Positions 1-11,129 of a stretch of 32,000 bases of DNA are shown here, in pieces. Origin of the DNA: Wolbachia endosymbiont of Dirofilaria (Dirofilaria) immitis (GTDB taxonomy: Bacteria; Pseudomonadota; Alphaproteobacteria; Rickettsiales; Anaplasmataceae); NCBI RefSeq assembly GCF_013365455.1, contig NZ_CP046578.1:888123-920122 (forward strand). The letters run 5' to 3'. Every line of letters begins with the position of its first letter. Positions within the stretch are counted from its first letter, which is position 1. Both the position numbers and the translations under genes were made by a program. The notes under the pieces were generated by a model. It saw only the letters and a program-made list of their open reading frames with translations, was not told the DNA's origin and did not search any database.

Positions 1-2
1 AA

Positions 3-746
3 GCTAATGAAAGCTATTCAGAAAATGAACATCTCATAGAAAATTTAATACCCATAGAAAAATCTATATGCCATGAACCTAAAAAATATAATGAAAAAGA
101 TACTCCATTAGTTAAAGACAGAAAACTTGATTTTTATGTCAGCGCTAATAGCGGTAAGATATACTCTGATAATTCAAAGCCATTTGTAAACGGAATAAAA
201 GCAATTGGAGAGAGAGTTTTCACTTTAGTCAAAAGTCGTTATGACGCTATAATAAAAAATATAGTTACAGACAAAATTGAAAGCGTAAAAAAATTTAATG
301 GTGAAATTAACTTTCAGTGGTTTCACAGCATATCTTTAGGTTATTATGCTGGAAAAAACGGCCGAGTTGATTTTGAAGTTGCATACTCTAAAGTTGATAT
401 TAAAAATGGTAATCCTTCTCCAGTATTTGATAGATCAGCTAGTATATTTGCATTTTTGTCAAATGTTTATTATAACCCTAGTATTCAAGGTATACAAACT
501 GCCCCATATATTGGTCTTGGTATAGGGCCAGCAGTTTTCAGGTTAAGAAAGATTAATCGACCACCACAAAATCCAATGCCACTGAATGTTCCTTGGTTTG
601 CTTATCAAGTGAAACTTGGTATCAATTACTCAATAATTCCAGAAATTAAATCTTTCCTTGGTTACCGCTACTTTAGTATTCCAATACCTATTGTAGATGG
701 CATATCAACTCATAGCATTGAGGCTGGTTTGATATTCAATTTCTAG
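3..746 (+). CDS. P44/Msp2/OMP-1-type outer membrane surface antigen, C-terminal part (5' end outside window)
   Basis: The frame is open from the left window edge (codons from position 3) to the stop at 744-746, so the supplied 456..746 ORF is only the tail. The translation contains ..FQWFHSISLGYYAGKNGRVDFEVAYSKVDIKNG..SNVYYNP..APYIGLGIGPAVF..FAYQVKLGINYSIIPEIKSFLGYRYF..HSIEAGLIFNF, a typical beta-barrel surface antigen C-terminus ending in F. Confidence 0.85.
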   Translation, partial: ANESYSENEHLIENLIPIEKSICHEPKKYNEKDTPLVKDRKLDFYVSANSGKIYSDNSKPFVNGIKAIGERVFTLVKSRYDAIIKNIVTDKIESVKKFNGEINFQWFHSISLGYYAGKNGRVDFEVAYSKVDIKNGNPSPVFDRSASIFAFLSNVYYNPSIQGIQTAPYIGLGIGPAVFRLRKINRPPQNPMPLNVPWFAYQVKLGINYSIIPEIKSFLGYRYFSIPIPIVDGISTHSIEAGLIFNF

Positions 747-1193
747 TAACCGTCTAATATATACACATTTTTTATCTTTATCTTTTTTAATCTAATAAAT
801 TAAACAGCAGCACAATATTTGCTTTTAAAAAGATAACATTTTCAATGCAATATAGCCTTAAAAGCTCATTTATCTTCTCTACGCTCTACAAGTCCACTGC
901 TTTTAATTTTAACGTAGAGTTCGTTCATCCCTCTAACTTCAAACAATTAGAATATTGCTACTCAATAAAGCATATAGTATAGAACCACTCTAATAGATCC
1001 TTATAAAAATATTATAAATGAGTACAACTTTGTTTCCATCTGACAGAACTATAAAAAAAAAGCTTTACTAAGCTTTTAGTCCAATGTTAACTCGACTATT
1101 GATTCTATTTTCAGTATTTAGAAAATACCACTCTTGAGAAACTATGTAAATCTCTTTTGCTCTAAGTTCCATAGCTAGCACCAACACATTAAA

Positions 1194-2090
1194 CTATATC
1201 TTCAATATCTTATCATCAGCACACTCATCGTATTCAATCTCAACTGTGGAATGTGCAATTTCAAACTCACTTAATAGTATTTTTTTTATTTCATACAAAA
1301 TATCAGTGTGTTGTGCATCTTGCCTTACTTTAGCATGCATGGTAATTATAAAATAATTGTCAGACAGCGACCATGCATGTATGTGATGTACATCAATAAC
1401 TTCAGGTAGCTTAGATACAATCTCACTCTTTATCCCTTCAGCAGACACCCCTTCAGGTGTGCCTTCAAGGAGAACATGACAAGAACTTTTAAGAATTTTA
1501 TAGCCACTGTTGAGAATTACTATGCTGACAAACACCGACAAAATAGGATCTACTACCTGCCATCCAGTTAGCATAATAACCATAGATGCAAATATAGCAG
1601 CTATAGAACCTAAAATATCTCCTATAACATGCAACACGGCACTTTTTATATTTATATTACTTTCACATTTACTATGCAATATAAAGAAAACTATAATATT
1701 AGCAATCAGCCCAAGCGTAGCAACAATTAACATTATTCCCCACTCAATATTAACTGGAAAAATAAATCTCTTTATTGACTCAATAATAATGATCACTGAA
1801 ATGAAAAATAAAGTTAAACCATTGACAAATGCCGCAATTATTTGCAACCTGTGATATCCATATGATCTCTGCAGATCAGATTTCTTAGTTGAAAATTTGT
1901 GTGCTATCCAACTCAAAACTAGAGCAAAAAGGTCAATAAGCATATGCCCTGCATCTGATAATAGAGCAAGTGAATGTGAAATTATTCCACCTATTACCTC
2001 CATAAACATCGTTATTGCGACTATTATTATGGAATGAATTAAACGCCTGGACTCTGCTATTGAATGTTTACCGTTGTGCACTGCTATCAT
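1194..2090 (-). CDS. cation diffusion facilitator (CDF) family transporter, CzcD/ZitB-like
   Basis: 298 aa with several TM segments; motifs LSDAGHMLIDLFALVLSWIA, HVIGDILGSIAAI, and a C-terminal domain with DVHHIHAWSL. Confidence 0.9.
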   Translation of the reverse strand: MIAVHNGKHSIAESRRLIHSIIIVAITMFMEVIGGIISHSLALLSDAGHMLIDLFALVLSWIAHKFSTKKSDLQRSYGYHRLQIIAAFVNGLTLFFISVIIIIESIKRFIFPVNIEWGIMLIVATLGLIANIIVFFILHSKCESNINIKSAVLHVIGDILGSIAAIFASMVIMLTGWQVVDPILSVFVSIVILNSGYKILKSSCHVLLEGTPEGVSAEGIKSEIVSKLPEVIDVHHIHAWSLSDNYFIITMHAKVRQDAQHTDILYEIKKILLSEFEIAHSTVEIEYDECADDKILKI

Positions 2091-2115
2091 ATAAAACCAT
2101 TTTCATGGGCAAAAG

Positions 2116-2188
2116 TGGGCAACACTGGACTCGAACCAGTGACCTTTTGCACGTCAAGCAAATGCTCTACCAACTGAGCTAGTTACCC
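2116..2188 (-). tRNA. tRNA-Val (anticodon GAC)
   Basis: Minus strand GGGTAACTAGCTCAGTTGGTAGAGCATTTGCTTGACGTGCAAAAGGTCACTGGTTCGAGTCCAGTGTTGCCCA. Acceptor stem GGGTAAC/GTTGCCC, D arm, anticodon stem TTTGC-TTGACGT-GCAAA with anticodon GAC, T arm GGTTCGAGTCC. CCA is not encoded. Confidence 0.95.
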
Positions 2189-2430
2189 ATTGTAACTTTA
2201 ATATAATGCTTCAGCAGAATGAAAGTCAATTTGCTTTTAAAGCATTGTCCTATCACTCCACCTGACATGATCCAGAAATCTAACTGTATAGAATTTTAGC
2301 TATACTCTATGATTTTACATACTGAGTTAATTACTCATATCCTTTTGCTAAAATGGAAATTTACTATTTTTTAAGAAAATTACACCAAGGTTAAAACATA
2401 TATCCAAAAATTAAGCATGAAATAAAGAGC

Positions 2431-4535
2431 AAAATGTCTAACTATGCACCAAAACAAAATAATAGAACTAGAGTTATAAGAGATAAATTACAAACAACAG
2501 GTAAAGCCAGAACAAACAACTATCAACCTGTTAAAAATACAAAGATCATAAACAACCATGCTTTTACAAACCAATCTGTAAAAACAAGCTCACGGTGCTT
2601 TTTTTAGCAAAGCAGTTTTGAATTAACTATACAAGAAACATCTCCAAGAAGATAACTCTTTAAAAAACCTTCACTATTAAGTAATAATAAACAAATTTTG
2701 CAGAGAAAAGGGTATTTTTGCTTACAATAAATAAGTTATCTATTCTTGTGCCAAAGACGACATAAAATGTTATATAAATTACGAAACAAACTCAGTAAGG
2801 ACCATAATCATAAATATATGCCAATAAGTCAATATTATAGCTTCATATATAGGAAACTTATTATGTCGCATACTCTCAGAGCTTGAAAAAGGTCAAACTA
2901 AAAACAGATAAGAAAAATTCTGAACAAATATTAATAGAAAAGAAATTAGAAAATTATTAGGAGAAGCTCCCCAAAGAAGGATGAAAGAGTGGCTTAATGA
3001 TCCAGCAAAAATAAAAAATATCCAAATGTGGAATACAATGTATTATACGAAAAAATTTCCGAAAAACTTGTATATACTAGTATAAGTATTGGCCAAATTA
3101 AAAGAATCTATAATAAATATGGAATAATATCTCCAACAGAAAGTAAATTCAGAGAGATGAGAAAAGCTCAGAAAAAATAAGATCTAACAAGTATCACAAA
3201 CAAAAACAGAGTCAACAACATTTCAGGGTAGAACAAATCTAAAAGTTACCGAAGATACGAAGATAATACTGACAGCAAGTTTAATCAGAACATTGACTTA
3301 TTCCAGAACAAAAGTTTTTAAAGATCTTACTAATCAGAATAACGACGACATTATCAATAACGAAGGTCTTCTCAAAGTGCTGGAAGATATTGTAAAAGCT
3401 TTCAACAAAATCTTTAGAATAAAAAAGACAATAATCACATTTTTAGCACACGGAAACGTGCTAACTTTTTAGACTGCTCTTATTTGAGGATAAGAAAAGC
3501 TACCAAAAGTATTTAAGTAGCAGTCATATATACATACTCTTATGCTGAAAACGCTAGAAACAGTAGTGATTTACTTATAATTATAGTCATCAAGTATAAA
3601 TTTGTCCATGCATTAATATTCTATTTAACCTCTAAGTTAGACCTTGGCAAAGTTTTGATGAAAAGTTTAGCAGAATATGTTGCACAATTAACAGAAGAGG
3701 AAAAACTTGTTGATTTTGCAAAATTAGCCAGTGATGAATACAAGAGCATTATTCTAGAATAAACAATCAAAAAAGCTATTGATCCTTCCCAAGGAGGGCA
3801 GTAGTCACTGCATATATTAAGAAACTTATCCAAATTTTATTGATAATTTTCTTTACACGGCAACAGGAGATAGGAAAACTCTAATGTTTTTTATTCCAAA
3901 AATAATGATGCAAAAGGCCTACCAAAGCAAAGTAAAAAATCCAAAGAAGAGAAGGGTTTTCTATAATCAAGTAAAACTGCTCAAGCGCTGAAGATAAGAC
4001 TGAAATTTGTGGTCTACTAATTTATTTTATGACTCAAAACCACCTAAAAAATCGGCAATATTTAAATAAAATAAAGAGTAAAAACAAATAGCATTGAAAG
4101 AAACAATCCTAAAAATAGAAAAGAGCTCTGATTAAGTTCAAGAAGAAAGCATAAGGCAAATGTTATTATAGATTATAACAGCACAAGAAACTCGTATAAT
4201 AAAGCTGAGGGAGCTGAGAAGCAATCTATATGAAAATTTTGACATAAGCTGCATCATCAATTATAAGATTGCTACTTTGATAGAAAGGTAAAACTTTACT
4301 TTGAAAATGGAAAATTTGCAATTTACGATGGGATGTAAGGAAGCTTATAGTGTGTTTACATGAAGATCAAGCATTTATCAAAATAATAAAGGATAGTGAC
4401 AATTATAGCTTGTCTATAAAAAATGATAAAGTAACAAGCAGTATTAGCAAAATAGGTAATCCAAATCGCGAATTGTTATCAGACTCTAGCCATCTTGACT
4501 CAGAAGAAAATAATATTATGTTATCAAGTTAATAT
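2431..4535 (+). pseudogene. decayed coding region (one or more former genes of unknown function)
   Basis: Successive open plus-strand segments are interrupted by stops and frame changes: ATG at about 2433 MSNYAPKQNNRTRVIRDKLQTTGKARTNNYQPVKNTKIINNHAFTNQ..; about 2950 KEIRKLLGEAPQRRMKEWLNDPAKIKNIQMWNTMYYTKKFPK; 3188-3472 ..FQGRTNLKVTEDTKIILTASLIRTLTYSRTKVFKDLTNQNNDDIINNEGLLKVLEDIVKAFNKIF..; about 3650 LGKVLMKSLAEYVAQLTEEEKLVDFAKLASDEYKSIILE; 4350-4532 MCLHEDQAFIKII... . No family recognised. Confidence 0.45.
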
Positions 4536-4732
4536 CAAGAATTGAACTCCCACCTAGAAAATAGCTTAATGAAAATATTTGATTGTACAGTTGGTCTAAT
4601 CTATTATGAACACACAATTTAATTTAAACAAACACATAAAGAGTTGCTACATCCAAGCAACAACTCCTCATGTGTGGAAGTTGTTATACTAAACCAAGTA
4701 TAAGCTTTATAGAATTACATATTTTTTTAGTA

Positions 4733-5632
4733 TTAGCAAGGACTATAATAATGCAACACTGCCTTACGTATTGCTAACCCAAACTCTATTTGTTTTAAAA
4801 TAACACAATCTGCTATATCATCACTAATTTCAACACCTCTATTTATTGGCCCAGGATGCATAACAATCACATCCGGTTTTGCATACAATAACTTCTGTGA
4901 ATCAAGCCCATACAAATGAAAGTATTCTCTCTCTGAAGAAATAAAATAACCATTATTCATACGCTCCCTCTGCAACCTCAAAAGCATAATTACATCAGCG
5001 TCTTTTATACCTTCAATCAATGAATAATGAACTGAATCTACTTCAGTAAAATATCTATAAATCAAAGTTGGTGGTGCAATCAAACATATTTTCACTCCAA
5101 ACATTCTCAGTAATCTTATGTTTGATCTTGCAACTCTACTGTGTAAAACATCCCCACATATTACAATTTTGAGATTTTTCATTTGATCTTTATAACTGCT
5201 GATGACAAAAAAGTCAGTAAGGGCTTGAGTTGGATGCTCATTACTCCCATTGCCTGCATTAATCAGTGAACAATTAACACACTGAGCTAGCACATTAATA
5301 ATACCACTACTTTTTTGCCTGATTATTATATAATCAGGATTCATTGCATTCAATGTTTTCACCATATCTTTTAAATCTTCTCCCTTATTAATAGAAGAAG
5401 CCTTTATCGGCAAAGTTATAACATTTGCTCCAAGACTTTTTGCTGCTATTTCAAAGGATACAAGTGTACGTGTTGAATCTTCAAAAAATAAATTTATTAC
5501 TGTTTTATTTTTTAAAACATGACACCCTGCAGCTTTATTTCCTAGGTATTGACTAGCCAACTTAATTATATTTCCTACATCATTAATTGCAAGATCTTGT
5601 ACGCTCAGCAAGTTCTTTCTGTGACCTACCAC
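4733..5632 (-). CDS. pyrB: aspartate carbamoyltransferase catalytic subunit
   Basis: 299 aa; FFEDSTRTLVSFEIAAKSLGA, GNGSNEHPTQALTDFF, MHPGPINRGVEI. Confidence 0.95.
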   Translation of the reverse strand: MVGHRKNLLSVQDLAINDVGNIIKLASQYLGNKAAGCHVLKNKTVINLFFEDSTRTLVSFEIAAKSLGANVITLPIKASSINKGEDLKDMVKTLNAMNPDYIIIRQKSSGIINVLAQCVNCSLINAGNGSNEHPTQALTDFFVISSYKDQMKNLKIVICGDVLHSRVARSNIRLLRMFGVKICLIAPPTLIYRYFTEVDSVHYSLIEGIKDADVIMLLRLQRERMNNGYFISSEREYFHLYGLDSQKLLYAKPDVIVMHPGPINRGVEISDDIADCVILKQIEFGLAIRKAVLHYYSPC

Positions 5633-6402
5633 TATAGAGCTCCTCCTTAAGACATAACTGCAATTGAATCTATTTTACTCTCTTATTATCCTATTTTCAA
5701 TAAATCCATCCATAAAAATGGTAGTTTAATTCATAATTATCACACTAAAACAAGAACTGGCATCAACTGATAATTAGCATTTTAATTTTACTATGGTTAT
5801 CTATATCAATAACAAAAGTGAGGCTGAAAAATGGCTACTTGAAATAAAAAAAGACAGTAAAGTCAGCTTGATGGGTAAAATCTAAGATCAAGTGCTGTGG
5901 AGAACGGAGCCCATGGTTATTGCTTACCTGATTGTCAGAAAGGCTCTCATCTTAAGCTGATTTTTTTACAAGAGAATCAACATTACTATAATTGGCTCTT
6001 CTAACTAGGGAAAACTGATTAGTGGCATACCGCTATAGTCATTATGGCTATCAGTGGCATACTAGAGATAGTAAGCCTATCCAAAAAGTAGAAGTGTACT
6101 AGATAAAGGTTATGATAAACTAAAGTTGGGCAAAAGGTAAATACTAGATATAGGGGAAATTGATAGTAGACAAGATAAAAACTTTTAAGAAAGAAGTGGA
6201 AATAGAAAAACCAATTAGCAAAATAAGAAACCCAACCAAAGAAGCTACAGGAAAAAACATCATGAAACATTAAAATCAAATAATAAATTTTTCCCTGCAA
6301 TTAAAAGACTTATATAAGGAAGCTTAGTGAATAAAGAACACAATTAAAAAAAGAAATCAACAACACAAGGTTTTTTTACCAAGAGTCACTAAATGCCAGG
6401 CA

Positions 6403-7434
6403 TTACTTCCATTTACACTCATCAGCTATCATAACAGCTTCGAGCAGATGTTTCTCAAGCTTGCTGAGAGGTAGGTTGCTTTGTAAATAAGCTCCCCAAG
6501 ACTGCAATATATCAGAAGTTTCAACACCCTCAACAATAGGATATTCCTGATTTTTTTTTGCATATAATTCCTGAGCTTGCTTGCTTACTAAAAATTCCAG
6601 TAAAGTTATGGCATTTTCTCTGTTTTTTGCGTTTTTTGTTACTGCTGCACCACTAATATTCACCATCACACCATTATCATTTTGATTAGGAAAGAAAACC
6701 CCTAATTTATCTATGATATTCTTTTTATGTGCATCTTCAGATGAAAAGATTCTTGCAAAGTAATAGCTATTCACTATTGCAACACCTCCTTCACCAGCAG
6801 CTACAGCATAAATCTGATCAGTATCACCACCACTTGGCTTCCTTGCCATATTATTCACAATGCCACTAACCCATTCTTTTGTTTTTTCAAAACCATCATT
6901 AGCAATCATAAAAGCAATTAATGATCTGTTATATGGACTTGTAGAAGAGCGTACTAATATTTTCCCTTTCCATTTTTCGTTTGCTAAATCTTCGTAAGTA
7001 CTTAATTCTTTAGGATCTACTAATGCTTTATTGTAAACTAATATTCTAGTTCTTTTCGTGAGACCAAACCAATAATTTTCACTATCTCTAAATTTTGCTG
7101 GTATAGCACTTTTTAAGACCTCTGAATCCACTTGGGATAGAAGCCCTTCTTTTTTTGTTAAAATCAAATTCACCGCATCTGCAGTTAAAAGTAAGTCAGC
7201 TTCACCACCATTTTCCATGCGTGAAAGTAGTTGAGAATAATCAGCTATAACATAGCGCACCTTAATACCTGTGTTTCTTGTGAATTCATCAAACAAAGTA
7301 CGTACTAATTCTTCCTTACGTGATGAATAAACATTTACTACTTGTAAGTTGCCAGTACCATTATTTTTATATAGAAAAGCAATAACTATTAATACAACTA
7401 CTACTAAGAATGCCAACATTAAAGCTTTTTTCAT
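6403..7434 (-). CDS. iron(III) ABC transporter periplasmic substrate-binding protein (FbpA/AfuA-like)
   Basis: 343 aa with N-terminal signal/TM segment; VNVYSSRKEELVRTLFDEFTRNTGIKVRYV, ADLLLTADAVNL, KGKILVRSS, NISGAAVTKNAKNRENAITLLEFLVSKQAQELYA. Confidence 0.88.
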   Translation of the reverse strand: MKKALMLAFLVVVVLIVIAFLYKNNGTGNLQVVNVYSSRKEELVRTLFDEFTRNTGIKVRYVIADYSQLLSRMENGGEADLLLTADAVNLILTKKEGLLSQVDSEVLKSAIPAKFRDSENYWFGLTKRTRILVYNKALVDPKELSTYEDLANEKWKGKILVRSSTSPYNRSLIAFMIANDGFEKTKEWVSGIVNNMARKPSGGDTDQIYAVAAGEGGVAIVNSYYFARIFSSEDAHKKNIIDKLGVFFPNQNDNGVMVNISGAAVTKNAKNRENAITLLEFLVSKQAQELYAKKNQEYPIVEGVETSDILQSWGAYLQSNLPLSKLEKHLLEAVMIADECKWK

Positions 7435-8149
7435 ATTAAATGCAATAACTCCCCCTCCTCAACTAAAAGTAGCTAAATAGCAAAATCTTAGCAAGCGAAA
7501 GTTTGTTCAGCAATAATATTGATATCCCTTAATTAGAACATCAATATTATTTAGGGAATTATTTTATCCACTAATGCTATAAACAGTAACTAGACAATTA
7601 TGAGATTGAACTACAACCTGTTCGAGAGTGAAGCTGCTGTGCTTAGCAGCTTCACTCTCGATTTCTCCAAGAACTTTTACTCCTTCATGCTTGACTTCTT
7701 AACAAATCTCTCCCTAACCTTTCTAGGGGTCAATCTTTCCTCAAGAATACACAAAGTTAGTGCAATTTTACTTTGTTACAGTAACATACACCAAAGTATA
7801 TAATTAATAGTACAAGTACACCTGAGCTATAAACAATGATAGCTCTATACTATGGTTCGAGGAGCTTAAATAAAATTCCTGCATATTATTGACCACATCT
7901 ATTATAAGTAAACCTAAAGCCTAAAGAAAGTGCTATATTCATAGCAACCACACCAGTCAATAATACAGTAAATAGTGGCCTATCATTGACTACTGACTTC
8001 CACCTTAGAAGCTTTGCCAATTACTCTTTTGTCAATGTTAATAAAATCGTTTTCAGTTTTCCCAAATATTAAGCACAAAATTTTAATGAGCACCATTACT
8101 ATATTCTAGTCTCATAGATTTCATAGCTTTATCTTCTAATTGATATTTT

Positions 8150-8840
8150 AATACCCCAGCTAAAAAATCTCTATTTGCACTTTCTACCTGTAGTTAACAC
8201 TCCTTAGTATTTCTAAGTTATTTTATTACACAAAATATTGGAATAACTATAAGTAATAAGACAAACACAATGACTAGTATAGTCACATACTCTTGGCTAT
8301 TTACAAAAAACGCGATAAACCTTGTTTTATCTTGCATACATACTAAAGCTATAGATATGCTAAGTATGATAGGCTTATACTAAAAATTATAAAACCCTTC
8401 TACCATACAGTATATTTTACTCTTAGCAAGATTCTGTTTATTTTTTCACCCAAGTTGACTAAAGGAGTGTTAAGTCTGCTTTACTGTTTTCAACGTCAGA
8501 GTCATCTTACGGTGTAAAAGAAGTTGAAAATCCTGGATTATCAAACTCGTCACTGAGTACCTTTTCTAATGCTTTATTACTATCACAAGATGTGACCCTA
8601 CATATCTTCTTCAGTAGTTGACCTTTTTAAGCTATAATCACCTGCTCCATTACCAGACAATCTTAACACTTTCTGCCTTTTATTCTCAAGGCTTGATTCA
8701 TTAAACGGATTTACAAATTGTGAAATTTCACTTTCATCATTTCTTTAGGAAACGCTTGCACTAGGTGCTGGTATAATTTCTTGTATTATCTCGCCACTTT
8801 TACTTGCTTGCTTATAGAAAGTTGATATTAATGTTTAACC
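8150..8840 (-). pseudogene. decayed gene(s) of unknown function; one remnant has a hydrophobic TM segment
   Basis: The minus strand reads ISTFYKQASKSGEIIQEIIPAPSASVS*RNDESEISQFVNPFNESSLENKRQKVLRLSGNGAGDYSLKRSTTEEDM*, then after a frame change VTSCDSNKALEKVLSDEFDNPGFSTSFTP*. Further on it reads MQDKTRFIAFFVNSQEYVTILVIVFVLLLIVIPIFCVIK* and VESANRDFLAGVLKYQLEDKAMKSMRLEYSNGAH*. Few stops over long stretches. Confidence 0.5.
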
Positions 8841-8939
8841 TTCCCCATACTACTCTCCAAAATTAATCACACTGTTATGCTGACTACACTGTAATTACTA
8901 AGACGTAGTAAATACTAATCTAAGGATGAGTATAAAAAA

Positions 8940-9734
8940 TTAGTATAAGAATTGTCTATTAAAGATCCTTTCATCTAATGAATAATCTCTATCAAAAAGC
9001 AGAGTGATTGTATTTTCATGATCCTTCTGCATTTTTATCTGTGATATATTATGAAACTCCTTATAATCTGATACTACAACTGCTGGACGATTTTCTACAT
9101 CATTAACGTCAACTTGCACTATTGTATCATTCGAAATTAATGCACCGTTCCAATGTCTTGGGTAGTAACTATTGATAGAGGTCAGTGCAAGCAAGTTTGA
9201 GTTTAGCGGTAAAATTGGACCGCCAGCAGAGAAATTATACGCAGTGCTGCCTGTTGGAGTAGACAATATTATTCCATCACCTCTAAATTTTTCTATCTTT
9301 AGCTTGTTATTTATAGCAATATTCATTTCTACTATTTTATTCACTTTTCTAAAGACGTATACTTCATTCACTGCTATATAATGGTACCTCTTGCCGCTTA
9401 TATCTATAGCTTCCATTTTCAATAAAGTTAATTGAACTGAAGTTGCATACTCTATGTGATCAATTAAATCTTCACTACAACTAAAACATTTATTCATCAA
9501 AAACCCAACATTACCAGTATTTGTCCCATACACATGCATACTCTTATTTTCTATGACATAATTATGCAAAGTGTGTAGCATAAAACCATCACCACCAACA
9601 ACTATCAGTAAATCAGCCTCAAACTTACTCTCTTCTGTTATATTGACAAAATTAAGCTTCTGTAATAGCTTAGATACTTCCTGGGATTTAGGTGATAGAG
9701 AAGCAACATAACCTATATTTTTGTATCTATACAT
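8940..9734 (-). CDS. nadK: NAD kinase
   Basis: 264 aa; VVGGDGFMLHTLH, GTNTGNVGFL, FRGDGIILSTPTGSTAYNFSAGGPILP. Confidence 0.95.
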   Translation of the reverse strand: MYRYKNIGYVASLSPKSQEVSKLLQKLNFVNITEESKFEADLLIVVGGDGFMLHTLHNYVIENKSMHVYGTNTGNVGFLMNKCFSCSEDLIDHIEYATSVQLTLLKMEAIDISGKRYHYIAVNEVYVFRKVNKIVEMNIAINNKLKIEKFRGDGIILSTPTGSTAYNFSAGGPILPLNSNLLALTSINSYYPRHWNGALISNDTIVQVDVNDVENRPAVVVSDYKEFHNISQIKMQKDHENTITLLFDRDYSLDERIFNRQFLY

Positions 9735-9767
9735 GTTTCAGTCAGTTCTCTAAAATAAAGAAGAAAA

Positions 9768-9980
9768 TTAAAAAATATCTCCATATCTATTGTTAAACTT
9801 AGCTAACTTGCTAGTTTTGTTTGCTGATCTACCTGTCAAGCTTCCAGTCCATGCAGGGTGAGTTAGAGGATCCCTATCAAGCCTTATCTTATCACCTTCC
9901 TTTCCATAAGTGGAACGAGTTTCAAATTCTTGACCGTCTGTTATAACTATAGTAACTTTATGATAATCAATTTCTATCAT
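9768..9980 (-). CDS. rpmE: 50S ribosomal protein L31
   Basis: 70 aa; DYHKVTIVITDGQEFETRSTYGKEGDKIRLDRDPLTHPAWTG. Confidence 0.93.
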   Translation of the reverse strand: MIEIDYHKVTIVITDGQEFETRSTYGKEGDKIRLDRDPLTHPAWTGSLTGRSANKTSKLAKFNNRYGDIF

Positions 9981-10108
9981 TGCTGCCTATAAGTTTTTCG
10001 TTTGTTAATATTGTAGCGAATTTAATTCACTAAGTCAATTATTATTCTAAAATATTGACAAAAAATAGATAATATAGTCTTCTTGATGAAGAATAAACAA
10101 TAATTATT

Positions 10109-11089
10109 ATGATTTTTGCTTTCCCTGGTCAAGGTTCTCAGTTTATAGGAATGGGAAAGAGTTTATATAGTGAATTTCCTGTTGCAAGACAGGTATTTAA
10201 CGAAGTAGATAATATACTAAATAGAAAATTATCCAGTTTAATTTTCGATGGTCCTATTGAAGAATTAACCATCACAGAAAATGCCCAACCAGCTATAATG
10301 ACAGTGTCAATTGCAACATTACGTGCTATAGAACACGTACTTGGTAGGTCTCTTTTCTCTAATCACAATGCTAAATACATTTGTGGGCATTCAGTTGGCG
10401 AGTATACAGCATTATGTGCTGCAGGTGCATTGACTTTTGAGTCTGCAATTAAACTGCTAAAAGTCCGTAGCAAAGCAATGCACGATGCTTCATTGAAATG
10501 CCAAGGAGGAATGGTTGCGTTATTAGGTGCAGAAATAAGCGAAGTAGAAAATATACTGAAATTGCCCCAAATTGACGGAATTTGTGAAATTGCAAATGAT
10601 AACGGTGGTGGACAGGTAGTAGTGAGTGGTACTGTAGAGGCTCTTGAAATATTACCCAATTTACTCAAAAATACAAACGTAAAGAAATTAATCAAATTAC
10701 AAGTTAGTGGACCTTTTCATTCATCTCTTATGAAACCTGCTAATGAAAAACTTCTAAAATCTTTGGAGAATATCAAAATAACTCAGCCTTTAATTCCCTT
10801 TGTATCAAATGTTACAGCTAAAGAAGAAAGCAATCCCAAAGCTATAAAAGCTTTACTTGCTAAGCAAGTCATAAGTAAAGTTAGATGGAAAGAGATGATT
10901 CTATATATGTCAAGCCACGGAATTAACAAATTTGTTGAAATTGGACCTAATAGGGTTTTATCTAATTTAGTGAAAAGAATTGATCAATCTATCAGTACAA
11001 AAAATATAGACAGTATTAGTGATATTGGTAGCTTTTTTGACAAATCATTAATATTAACAGAAAAAAACTTAAAAGCTAGTTTAAGTTAA
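10109..11089 (+). CDS. fabD: malonyl CoA-acyl carrier protein transacylase
   Basis: 326 aa; FPGQGSQFIGMGK, CGHSVGEYTALCAAGALTF, VSGPFHSSLMKPA. Confidence 0.95.
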   Translation: MIFAFPGQGSQFIGMGKSLYSEFPVARQVFNEVDNILNRKLSSLIFDGPIEELTITENAQPAIMTVSIATLRAIEHVLGRSLFSNHNAKYICGHSVGEYTALCAAGALTFESAIKLLKVRSKAMHDASLKCQGGMVALLGAEISEVENILKLPQIDGICEIANDNGGGQVVVSGTVEALEILPNLLKNTNVKKLIKLQVSGPFHSSLMKPANEKLLKSLENIKITQPLIPFVSNVTAKEESNPKAIKALLAKQVISKVRWKEMILYMSSHGINKFVEIGPNRVLSNLVKRIDQSISTKNIDSISDIGSFFDKSLILTEKNLKASLS

Positions 11090-11129
11090 ACGTTACCCCA
11101 GCTGAGATTATAAAGAATAATACAAAAAA

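Noticed and set aside
1510-1854. Antisense ORF inside the CDF transporter gene
   Set aside because: Antisense shadow of a well-supported CDS; no recognisable domain.
6021-6062. Short direct repeat agtggcatac at 6021-6030 and 6053-6062
   Set aside because: Only 10 nt, two copies, no associated structure or mobile-element feature.
6019-6300. 93-aa Phe/Tyr-rich minus-strand ORF as a membrane protein
   Set aside because: The composition is what an AT-rich purine-strand bias produces by chance; no recognisable family or gene context.
7600-7803. 67-aa ORF between the Fe-binding protein gene and the decayed locus
   Set aside because: Short, lies in a noncoding-looking interval, no recognised similarity.
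10363-10695. 110-aa antisense ORF inside fabD
   Set aside because: Shadow of fabD codon usage; no independent support.
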